Shown here piece after piece: positions 24,901 to 36,658 of a DNA stretch of 57,679 nt; within the stretch, counting starts at the first letter, position 1, and each line of letters starts with the position of its first letter. The stretch lies in NCBI GenBank assembly GCA_030264375.1, contig JASCQW010000162.1:38349430-38407108 (forward strand), in the 5' to 3' direction. Below the pieces are notes generated by a model, which was not told the origin of the DNA, did no database searches, and saw only the letters and a list, made by a program, of their open reading frames with translations. The translations under genes and the position numbers were made by a program. This DNA is from Carcharhinus longimanus (taxonomy: Eukaryota).

Positions 24901-26869
24901 ATACTTCTGATTCTCTGCTTGCAGGTGCTCTCCATCATGAACACTGCTTATTTCTCTCCTTATCTAAGCCCATCTGCATTTGTTGCCCCCAAACGCAATT
25001 AGGTTGCTGTTCTCCTGGCTGGCCTCTCATCCTTTGCCATTTACTGACTTCAGCTCTTGTGCCTATCCACCAAATTCTACTTGCCTGTGATTACCTTTGC
25101 CCTCACTAACTTATGTTGGTCTCAGTCCCCCAATGCTTCAAATTAAAATCTTCATCCTCATGATTAAATCCTTTCTGGCTCCTTCCATCTCTGTAACCTT
25201 TGTGTTAAAACTTGCTGATAAGATGCTTCCAAGCTCCTGCCTCATCTATTGACAATGGCAATTACTATTCTTAAAGAGCCCATTGAGAGCTTGTTAAGGG
25301 GCATGTTCTGATTTTAATGGGGGCACATAGGCTGTATAGGCAGTCTAGGGCAGACCAGGTGCAGGGGGGCAACACAGCAGTCATGACTGACCCAGGGGAT
25401 TCAATAGTACCCACGAAAGGGTAACCTACACAGAGGGGAACTGAGCCATTGGCACATAGGTGTGACCAGGCCAGCACAGGTTGTGGACAGAGTAGTCAGT
25501 GAGTACTCAAACAGTGCAAGGTGTCATCACCAAGCTTGCATTGGAGGATAAGAGGAGAGGGAAAGGTGCCAAATGCAATTGTGACACCCACAATTGGGCG
25601 TCACCTTAGCATAAAGAAGGTAGTAGCTAACAATAGGGCATGACTCTCAGATTTTGTTCCATTGGCAATGAGGAGATATACCTTTCCCAGGTAGAGCAAA
25701 TACCTGGCTTTCAGAAGGGCAGAAGTGAGGGGGAAGGGATGGGAAGGACATATGCAGCACTGTCCACCTTACCCTTCTGTAGTTGTCAAGGTGACTATGG
25801 CTTTGGACCTCCTCTGGCTCTTTCCAAGGATCAGTTGCAGATTTTCTTGGCATCTCACAAATAGTTCATTGCATCTTGCTGCTCATTGATGCCCTTTTTG
25901 CAAGAGTTAATGGCATTTTCAATTCCAGACAGTCACTGCCTCACAGGCAGAGAAGGCAATGGGGTTTGCTTCCATCATTAGATTCCTCCACATGCAGGAC
26001 ATCATTAGTTACACCCATGTTACACCATTAATTTACCCGTTCACCAGCAAGTCAGATTCATCAATAGGAAGGGCTTCTATTCCTTCAATGTTCAGCTGGT
26101 CTGCAACCACAAGCGCTTCCTCTGTGTGTGCACTCACTTTCCTGACAGCTGCCATGAAACCATCCTTTGGCAGTCCAGGCTTTCATAGCTCCATAGCAAC
26201 TCCCCCCCCAAAAAACTAAGTGGATGGATTCTAGGGGACAATAGGGGAATATCCTTTCAAGGGTTGGCTGTTCACCCCTTCACAAAAGCCAGAGGCAGAG
26301 ATATTGAGGAACTACAATCCAAACCATCTGCTTACAAGGACAACTATTTAGCAAGCCATCAGGTCTCTAAAGTGGTGGCAGAATAAGGCCCTTAATTGGT
26401 CATTAATTCCACACTTAAGGACCTCAGTTGGCAGAATGACAGAAAGCCATCCACATGACTTCCTGTCATGGATTTAATTGAGGTGGAGTCAAGTTAGTGA
26501 CAGAATCCCCACTCCTCACCTTCTAACATGCCATCAGGGAGGGAATTAAATTCTGCCCCCTCTAACCTAGGATGAAGTCATGCCAAAGAGCTCACTCTGA
26601 GTTAATTATGCTAATACTTCCATTGATGATGCATCCTAGAAAATGGAAACTCTTACTGCCATTGAAGAATACACATCTGCTGTCATCATGTATGGAACCT
26701 TGCTCATAATTGACATTTCTCAATGCTTCTTGTCCTGCCACTAATAAAAGGAGGCTCTCGTGTCTGGCTTCTTGTATCAAGACTTACATGGTGCTCATAA
26801 AGTAAAACAGTACAGAGTTTCATGTAGATAACACCCCAGTTATCCACAAAGGACAACACAGAACAGGAT

Positions 26870-28152
26870 AAAACATTGTTGGCCTCAATGATGTTCGGAA
26901 ACTAAAGTTAGTTTTAAGGGATTTATATTTGTAGGGGGTAAACATTAGAAATTAGGTAAAGTCTTAGGTAAGTCTAATGTTCCTGCTCTGGCAAGGAAGC
27001 TGTGACTAGTTTTTTAAGCTGAGCAAACAATGTTTATCTGTGTGGGGATTTCATTTCGATGTTCAGCTGAGACTCTAATGTGTTTCAGAACTTCAAAAAT
27101 GCAGATTCAATAATTGCTTAGCAACCTGTGGGAAGAGCAGACAACTCTCTTTGTCCAGAAAGCTATAGCAAAAACTAGTTAGTTGAGATGGAGACCACAA
27201 TAGAGATAGGATGGATCTCTCAGGTCTGCTCGAAGTTGGAATCTTATGATGGAGTAACTTAGCTAGGGCTAGAGTTCCACAAAGAAAACCAGAAGGGAGC
27301 TTGTAAAAGATCCAGGGATCCAGAGAGCTGTAACAAGAAGATTTCAGAACATCTGAAACCCAGTGATCAGAGACTGCTGGAGAACAGTTTTAAGAAAACC
27401 AAAGACAAGAGATTGACTGATGAGAAGTGCTAGAAAGTATTTTCTAAAAGTAATTCTACTGGATGAAATATTTTATTACTGTCTGTGAACAAATTGTAAT
27501 GCAGTGACTGGGACCTCAAAAAGTGGTGTAACAACATAATTGTTAGGGCAGTGGAAGTCACAAAGAGCTGGTCCAAAATTGTGGCACAGATTCACTGCTA
27601 AAAGTGGATTGGGCCTGTTGGAAAACACAAACCAGGTTTTGAAATGCAGATTGCTAAGTGAATGTTTTGCTACGAGAGATTTTTATCACATATTTCTGGG
27701 AATGGAGTTTAAATCCTTTCATACAACAATCATGTGGGGAATTTGGAATAGAAATCTACAATATTGACTTTATGTGCTGATGTGATGATTGTGGCTTCAA
27801 ATGTATTTTGTCATCAGTATTAATCTTAAATCTATGATTTAAAGGAGCAGTATTGGATTATAATCAACTTTTTAACATTTAATGAATGTTTTTTGATGTT
27901 TAAACTAATTAGCAGTGCCATGACTCTGCTTCCTCCACTTTTGATAAAATAAAAAATAAAAATGACNNNNNNNNNNNNNNNNNNNNNNNNNNNNNNNNNN
28001 NNNNNNNNNNNNNNNNNNNNNNNNNNNNNNNNNNNNNNNNNNNNNNNNNNNNNNNNNNNNNNNNNNAAAAATGACTTTTTAATCAACCTTTTAATTAGGG
28101 TTCCATTCTAGGAGTCTCCTGTCCAGCTATAAAATCATCTAGGATTATAATA
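26870..28152 (+). mobile_element. Degenerate solo-LTR-like repeat
   Basis: Composition and 3' end (gattataata) resemble 35553-36658; boundaries uncertain, contains a gap. Confidence 0.3.
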
Positions 28153-28361
28153 ATGGCCACTGCCATCTGCTCTTGTTGATTATAAACTGCATATTTCAGT
28201 GCTGTCAGGTCCTAAGAAGCATACCGCCTCTAAGTCATAGTGATGCTTACACTCCTCTCATTTAGGGAGCAGCATTTGTCCTCAGTTCCTGATAAATCAT
28301 AAAATATTTTGTACATTGATTAACAGAATCTCTAACTCCCTTTCCATTATATATTAAACGC

Positions 28362-28652
28362 AAGTTTATTTATTAGTCACAAGTAGGCTTAAATTCACAC
28401 CGCAATTAGGTTACTGTGAAAATCCCCTAGTTGCCACACTCCGGCACCTGTTCAAGTATGCTGAAGGAGAATTTAGCATGGCCAATTCACCTAACCAGCA
28501 CATCTTTGGACTGTGGGAGGAAACCGGAGCACCCACAGGAAACACACACAGGCACGTGGAGAAGATGCAAATCCCACACAGACAGTGACCCAAAGACTCG
28601 AACCCAGATCCCTGGCACTGTGAGGCAGCAGTGCTGACCACTGTGCCGCCCC
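28362..28652 (-). mobile_element. V-SINE with alternative tail (same subtype as 1325-1555)
   Basis: Head gggcggcacagtggtcagcactgctgcctcacag; tail actaggggattttcacagtaac...gtgactaataaataaactt. Confidence 0.85.
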
Positions 28653-29894
28653 ATAAAATATACCTCATTTGAACAGACTGCATCGTGTTTTTCTGACATT
28701 GTATGAATAAATGTTCTAGCTTTATATCATTGTCTGAGCCCACAGTTAAATTATTCAAAATATTATTGGTACTAACAATGTCAAAACCTGCTCCTTGTCG
28801 TTACAGACTTAAGTTCAAATCACCCTATTTCAAGAATAATTACTTTGTGACAATGAAATTAAATGAAACGATATATGGAGGGAAACAGCTTCTGATTTGG
28901 CTTAGAGACAAAATGATCTAAACTACTAGTTATGAAATATACAAACAAAAGACCAGTGATGACATTGAATGAACAAATACCTAATATGTTTCAATAATGA
29001 TTTGGAAAGGGTGGAGTAGGACTGGTATTTAACTGCATTATTTTATTGACAAGATTATATTACAAGTTCAGGTTAAAAGTGAACTAGCAACTCAAAAGTT
29101 TAAAATAAAATTCTAAAATAATAAGTAATTTAAGTATATAGGAACAGTAAACAAGCAATTCACTTTCACTTTTTGTAGCTTCTATTTCACAGCTCTTGAC
29201 AATATTCCATGTTTTGTTGATTAATATCATGTTATTAACCATAACATTTATTTGGGGAAATTAGGAGGAAAAAAATCTCTAAACAAGGAATACCAGCATT
29301 AAATAACATATATTGAAAGAAGTGCCAAAAGGTTTAAGTAATCTTATATTAATAGTACAGATTAGCTCCATAGTATTTTTACTCTGCTCTAACAATGTAC
29401 CTTAATCATAACTTCAAACAGCATTACCCATTTCACAACTATATTGTCAATTGTCCATAAGACGCATCCTTATAGTTATTATTCTGATCCAAATTGTAAA
29501 TTTCTAGTTTTATGCCTAATAGTTGTATGAAGCTGAATTACTCAAAGGGAAGAAGTTCATCACAACAGTCTGAACTAGATTTGAACCTGCACTTTAAATA
29601 GGACCATCTATTTTACCCCTTCTAATTCATATTAATATAAACAGCAGTTTTTGGGCATCGGCCATTTATTTCAAGATGATAATTCTATCTAAAATAAAAC
29701 TGGAATTTAAAACAAAAAAGAAACATTTTCTTAATTTTTCATTTGTCTTCCTTTCAAAACCTGTTTCTGTTAAATTATTGAACAGATCCCTAAATATAGC
29801 CAGCTCAGCTTCCATTCACTCTGTTCCTGGTTTCAAATAGATTTTGGGATTTGATCACTCTTTTTACATGCTGCCTTGGAAGCCAAGAATTAGC

Positions 29895-30300
29895 TTGGCT
29901 TAGCTGTTCCCATTCTTGCCTGTGTCAGAAGGTTATAGATTTAATTTCTCCAATGAACCTCAGCTTGTAATCTTAGCTGATAATGCTGCACTGAAGGAGA
30001 ATTGCTTTATTTGGGATGCGGTTTTTGTAGATTAGACTTTCAACTTAGGCCTTATATTTTTGCTTGGGTAGATTTAGAAAATTCAAGCAATGTTATTTGA
30101 AGAGCTCTTCTGGGCAATATTTATTCCTCAACTATTACTATCAAAACAATGATAAATTCATTCATTTGCTGGTTGCGTAATCTTACTGTGAATTAGTTTG
30201 CCCAAGCAGCAATAGTGAAAGCATTTCAAAGAGAGTTCACTGGTTGTAAAGTGCTTTGGAACATTTTGATTAGATTTTATATAAACAACATTTCTTTCTT
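29895..30300 (+). mobile_element. DeuSINE-like element, old
   Basis: Degenerate tRNA head, core ctgggcaatatttattcctcaac and tail tggttgtaaagtgctttggaacat. Confidence 0.55.
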
Positions 30301-32433
30301 TGAAGCTATACATTAACCATTCTCTCAGCCCAACTTGTGGTTGAGGTTGTTGTAAGACCTTTTAAAGTGATTTTTAAACCACAATTGTATTTGGAAGATG
30401 GTTTAAGAGAATTGCAATTATTAGCATTTCTAGTAAGGTTGGATTTTGGGACATAAATTTGTTTAAGGCCCACTTAACACAAATAACTTTGTTGTAGTAA
30501 GTTGTTATTAGTATCTTTACACATAGCATAGTTTACACATAGCTAGGGCAATCACTGTTTTCTATTTATATCAGTACATTCACTAAGAAATTCAGGGTAG
30601 AATTTTTAAGGATGATGAGCGTTGCCAACTCTTGGAAGTCCATTGCCATTTAACACTCACTTCAGCATTGATTGGCAGTTGGTGGTGAGATTTCCATCCA
30701 CCCTTGGAAGTCCAAGTCACGAGAGCTGTCGGTCAATCTGATTGGCTGATTGCACTTTAACCCACCTATGCACACTGCTGCAGTAGCCAGAAGTAGTACT
30801 GCAGCATTCTGCCCGGAACTAAGTCCCAAGATCATTGTAAAGATAAGTCCCAGGGATCCCGGGAGTGGGTACTGAAAGGGTTGGGGGGGGGGGAGGTGAT
30901 TGTGATTAAGCCAGGGGATGAGAAAGGGCCAGTGCTCTGAGGTGCCTGAGGGTGCCCCAACCCTGATTGTGGTCTTCAGATTGTGGTGTCCCCAACTACC
31001 CCGCCTAAGATGGAGGAAAGTTTTTTTCCTGTATTCCACCCCTCTGACACCCTCTTCCACCAGCCTAAAATTTGAGGCTGGGCAGGAAAAGGCTCTTAAA
31101 NNNNNNNNNNNNNNNNNNNNNNNNNNNNNNNNNNNNNNNNNNNNNNNNNNNNNNNNNNNNNNNNNNNNNNNNNNNNNNNNNNNNNNNNNGGGGGGGGGGG
31201 GGGGGGGGGGGCAGGTAGTGCTGATCATGTGCCAAACTCATTAATGAGATTGAAATCAAGTCAATCACATGTTAATCTGCCTCCTGCTCTTTCTGGGTTT
31301 GATTCAGTTTGTGCCAGTAGAAAGGGGCCGGAATGATTGCAAACCATTTGACACCAGGCGCAGAAATGAATTTTAGGCCCATGTGCTATTTTCCAGGACA
31401 GGCACGGCAAAGGTCATAAAATCGCCCCCAATATTTTATTTTGCAATGTTGTGAAGACGAGGTTGATCGATGGCTTATCATAATTATAATACAGCTGCTT
31501 TGCTCAGATTACTGGATATCAGCTAGACAGCATTCTTCATGAGGGACCAGCATTTTAGAACATTACTGGGGGATAGGAACCTCTTAATAAATGACTGGAA
31601 CTAATAAGCTAACACAATAAGGATTGCAAATCTTTTGTTTTACTGAATGCTTGATTATTATGTTTTAAATTACAAGGGTAGAGGTTCAAGGTCCTGAAGA
31701 ACAATCATAACTCACCATTTAGGAGATTTATTTGCCGGAACGTGGCTGTCTGTAGTTTTCTTGATGGAGTATTTTTGGAAGAAAAATTTAAATTAGGGAG
31801 AAAGGTTTTGAGCAATACAACTGGTGGACAAGGAAAGCAGAAAACAATTATTTAAGGAAACTATAGAGACAGAGGATGCAATTTATCCAGATGGGTATAG
31901 GGAGATATAGGCCAAACACGGGCAACTGGGACAAGTTTAGTGGTTAAATAAAAGGATAGGATAGACAAGTTGAGCCAAAGGGACCATTTCCATGCTGTAA
32001 ACCTCTATGACTCTAAGATGTCCAATCTATCTGGATGTCTATCCAGCACATCACTGTCCTCTCAGGCTGCTCATTGCATCACACCCCCAACACTCACCCA
32101 GTAACACTCACGTACACTCAGAACCAATGCCCAACATGCAGATGTTCCATCTTACATACCTGCTAGCCTCAAACCTATCTCTTGCTGCCCACACAAAATT
32201 TCAGCTCTTCAGATATGGCAGGCACATTGCCCAAGCACAGTACCACACAACCACCGATATTCTGCTTTCTCTTTCAATGTAGCACACAAGGAAAAGGTGC
32301 AAAGCAGAACTTGCAGGGAATAAGGATGCTTGTATTTCCCCAGTCCTACAAATAGGTTTGTTCTTTGCATCAACATACCAGCTGCGATGGGTCTGGAGAA
32401 TCCACTATTGCTGAGAAGATTGAGGACAATGAC

Positions 32434-33020
32434 CATAGAACCACAGAGGCCCTTTGGCCCATCGAGTCTGCACCGAACTGCAGCAGGCGACGGTGCAGAG
32501 GGACCTCGGGGTCCTTGCGCATGAGTCGCAAAAACCCAGCCTGCAGGTGCAACAGGTGGTCAGGAAGGCTAATGGGATGCTNNNNNNNNNNNNNNNNNNN
32601 NNNNNNNNNNNNNNNNNNNNNNNNNNNNNNNNNNNNNNNNNNNNNNNNNNNNNNNNNNNNNNNNNNNNNNNNNNNNNNNNNCGGGGCAGGCTCGAAGGTC
32701 TAGATGGCCTACTCCTGCTCCTATTTCTTATGTTCTTATGAACACAATCCCACCCATGCCCTACCCCAATATCCCTACATTTTATACCCACTAATCCCTC
32801 TAACCTATGCATCCCTGGGCACTAAGGGGCAATGTCTTAGCATGGTCAATCAACCTACCCTGCACATCTTTGGACTGTGGGAGGAAACCAGAGTACCCGG
32901 AGGAAACCAACGCAGACACGAGAACGTGCAAACTCCACACAGACAGTGACCCGAGCTGGAAATCAAACCCAGGACCCTGGAGCTGTGAAGCGGCAGTGCT
33001 AACCACTGTGCTACCGTGCT
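32434..33020 (-). mobile_element. HE1-like V-SINE containing a + strand CR1 fragment (~32478-32740)
   Basis: SINE tail interrupted by VQRDLGVLAHESQKPSLQVQQVVRKANGM (CR1 ORF2), a gap, and atggcctactcctgctcctatttcttatgttcttatg; the SINE then resumes. Confidence 0.85.
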
Positions 33021-33098
33021 GTGTCTTGCACACCTCAATTCTGAGCAAACTCTCATCTTGTTTATGGGTCTGATGAGCCAGCTGCTAATTATGTGATT

Positions 33099-33235
33099 GT
33101 GGGCCTCTTCCTTCCAGCTTAGCTCCTTTCCCTCATACTAATTTACCCCTTCCAAATTCCTGCTTTCAGACAAGGAATTTGAAAGGGGGAAATTAGTATG
33201 AGAGAAGGGAGCTGAGATGGAAGAAAGAGGCCCAC
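33099..33235. repeat. Long inverted repeat (63-bp arms, 11-nt loop)
   Basis: 33099-33161 vs 33173-33235, 56/63 complementary by manual alignment. Confidence 0.9.
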
Positions 33236-35552
33236 GCACTGCTGGCTGCCCTGCTGCCACAGGAGGAGTGAAGAGAAAAGCAGAACAGAACTAATGAAGA
33301 GATCCATCACCTGCTCTGATATTCACATCCACCAGCTAAAATTATGGAGCTGCACTTACCTTAGAGGTTAGTATAGAACTGTCATCAGTGTGTGGTGAGT
33401 CATCTGGACACAAGACATCTGGGCTTTCAGTTATTGTTGAGGGGCACAAGCAAGTCTAGCTCTGGCTTGGGAGAGAGCATGGTGCAGAGTCTGCCCTCCC
33501 TCTGTCTTGCTGCTGACCCAGAGGCATTGCAATTGCTACCTGGTGCTTGATGCAGCTTTAGTGTGCATTGTCACCAACTTCCCTGCCATCAGGCATTTGC
33601 TATCTCTGGCAAATGATAGAACTCACTAAAAGCATTTCCCAAAGCACTTCTGAATACTTTCAGACACTTTGCAATAGGAGTCATAAAAATTTCTCAACTT
33701 TAATAAAAGTCACACACTTGTTTAAATTTTACATTCTGGCATCACATCAGATATTTGGGTTGAGTGATGTTATGATAAATGTCTTCCAGCACCGTCAGAA
33801 GATGTAGAACTCCACTGTGTGCCCATATCATCCAGCAAGATCACCTTGGGTGCATAGAAAGCAGTCTCACCCTGGGATGACTGAAGTTTAGTTGGAAGCA
33901 CTGCTACACAATTGAATTTCTCACCCATTGTATTTACAATCAATTATTTATTGAATGCAAGATTATTTACAATTTAACATACACACATTAAAGGTGAAAC
34001 ATTTGTTTCAATATAAAATTGTCACTCAAATAAAGTGATCACAGAAACATTGGTTTATCAAAAAGCTGTTAAAAATGAAACTTTACATGTATACACTGCA
34101 ACAATATATAAAATATATTTTATACAATAATTTACTATACATAATCTTTTATATGATAGATTTAAGATTTTAATTTGTTAACATTGTGTACTAAACTTTA
34201 AAATGTGGATTTCAGAAAGAGCTCACTCAAGAAATTGAAATCCACAAGTTTAATGTCCAAGAGTTTGTGCGTTCAAAATGCAGTATTAAATAACACTTTT
34301 AATTTACAGTTTTAATGGATTTCTTTTATTACTGACTAAAATACATTTATTGTCAAATTAATTTCACCTTTATACAGATTATTTGAATAGAAACAATGTG
34401 CAAGGGTATGGGAAAAAGGCAGGGGAATGACACTATGTCATAAAGCTCATTTGGGAAGCTGGTGCAGATACGATGGGCAAAATGGCCCCCTTTTGCATTG
34501 TAACAATTCTGTGATTACAAGTTAATTCACGTGTTTTACAAAATAAAATTGAAGTGGGCAATTTTTCTGGGTCAGTTCCTAGTTTACTAAAAGACCTAGA
34601 GAACAAATAATTGGAGAGAAAAATAGTGGACAAGTTAAATTTAAAGGGATTGAGACATTTATAGGCAAGGACCATGCTATAAGGAATTTAATCAGCCATT
34701 GAGAGCCTCAGTAGGCATTTCAACACATTAATCTTTTCCAAGGCTGAAAGGCAACTAATAAGTGACAGACAAAAATGAAGGGGAAAGAAACGCTGGGTGT
34801 AGATACAAGTCTGCAAAGAAGCAATAGAGCATCCAACTCTGGGTTCATAAATACTGAAATTGATGTGCATATGATGGGTATGAGAAGAGTTCTCCTTTTT
34901 GTGATTCCACAGCATCATCCTATGAATCAATAAGCACATGCCCGCAAGGAGGTCCAACTAAGTTTCAGCCACAGCTGATAATTACTGTTTCCACTTGTGC
35001 ATGTCCTACATTATGCAACTGCAGTTGGCAAAACACAAGTTCACACTGCTGACTCAGGCCCCGAAAGGACAGATCTTACACTCATTGCTAATATGTCAGG
35101 GGCTACAAAAATGGCTAGTAACACATTAATGAGTGTGGCAATCGGGTTATGTTGATCATCTTTATATGCATCCTTTGATGTATTGTTATTAAAGACGTGA
35201 CATACTGAAGGAGCATATTTAGGAGCTCTTCTACATGAACAGGAGTCATCACCTGCACAGCGTTTGGTAAAGTTAGGTCAATGCATTTCCAATTTAGACG
35301 TGTGGGTTGAGGGCGGATATGGAGCAACATCTGTGCAGCATAACCTACTTGGCATCTGTATTTCAGTTCTCTTCCTCTTCCAGACAAGTCAGAAGAGCAG
35401 ATTCCCATTAGGACACCTGGTGATGTCTGTAGTGACATTGAGAGCAAAGAAATTGACATTGATGGGCTCAACTATGCGAAAATCTAAATGCAAAGAGGAA
35501 AAGAATGGAGAAAAATGGCTCAGAAATAATGGTGCAGATACGGTGGAAGGAT

Positions 35553-36658
35553 TGTGACAAATATCTAATTCGTGGTTCATGTTAAAATTTTAAGGGAACA
35601 TTTTAGTTCTGGGAAGATTATTGCTGTGAAGGTAACTAAACTGTTCAGCTTTAGAGATTGCCAGTAAATCTAAAATAAAATGGGCAGTTCAGAAGGTTCT
35701 CACGTTTGTTTAATAGAGTCACATTATAAAAGATGAAAGCCATAAACTTGGGTTTACTTGAACTGGAGATGTGATATCTACACTGCTTGCAAAGAAGTGA
35801 AGTCCAGAGATATTTTGTTTCGGGAGTTAAGAGCTAAATTAGTTTGAAGGCATTCAGTGAACTCTGAAAGGCTATGTTGTCATGGAAATGGGTGAAGGTT
35901 AAGAAAGTTCTCTGATTTCATGTTGCCCGTGTGTTTTTCTAAGAGTGTTAGGTGCATTTTGATTCTTGTGCAGTTTGTAGCTTATAGAGAAGCTCCAGGA
36001 TCAGTTATAGTTCAGGTTCAGGGAAAGTCCTTTGCGAGCCAGGAAGGCGGAAAGTTGCTGGTTCCATGCCGGAGGCAGTTAAGGCCTGAGAGCATTTCTC
36101 ACTACGCAGTTGGGAGACAGGAGTTTGGAGAAACCAAAGGATTGTGCCAACTTATCAAAGCTAGCAGTCAGCAAGACTTGGAAGTGAGCTGGTAAAGGCA
36201 GGTGTGTACAGTTTTGTAAATCCTGTAAAACGCAGTTTCAGGAAGAAAAACTTAATCTTGGGGGAAAGTAACAAAGTCCAAGTCAGAGAGGCTTTGGAGA
36301 GAATTTAGAGGCTAGATTATCAGAAATCAAGAGCTGAACTCCTTCTTAAGGAGGGTTTTAATGAGATATTGTGGCTCAGAGTGGTCACTGACATCTAGTT
36401 GGCTTGCAAAGAAATCTGTCGGTGCTATCTTGGCTGTATCTGTGTGGTGTGTTCAACCATAGTTTTCTTGTTAATTCATACTTGCCTCTTGTTAATTCTG
36501 AATGTTGAGAAAGATGTTGTGAATTGATTTACTTTACCAATGTTGTAAAGTTTATTTTGTTTGTTTAAACCATGGAATTGTGTGGTTTTACTCTCTTAGT
36601 GGGTAACTGAGATTTCGAACTTTGTCTACTTTAAGCAAAAAGTAACCAGGTTGTAACA
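35553..36658 (+). mobile_element. Putative solo LTR
   Basis: Starts tgtgacaa, ends ttgtaaca (TG...CA, imperfect 8-bp inverted termini), ~1.1 kb; no clean TSD. Confidence 0.5.

Noticed and set aside
25271-25477. Harbinger transposase-like GYP...MT peptide
   Set aside because: Similarity too weak to call by eye.
28600-28652. tRNA-like A/B boxes here and at other SINE heads
   Set aside because: They are SINE Pol III heads, not cloverleaf tRNA genes.
31190-31211. Poly-G run / G-quadruplex
   Set aside because: Directly abuts an N gap; length unreliable.
33068-33095. CTGATGA box before the hairpin as a hammerhead or snoRNA
   Set aside because: No downstream GAAA with stem II and no matching terminal stem.
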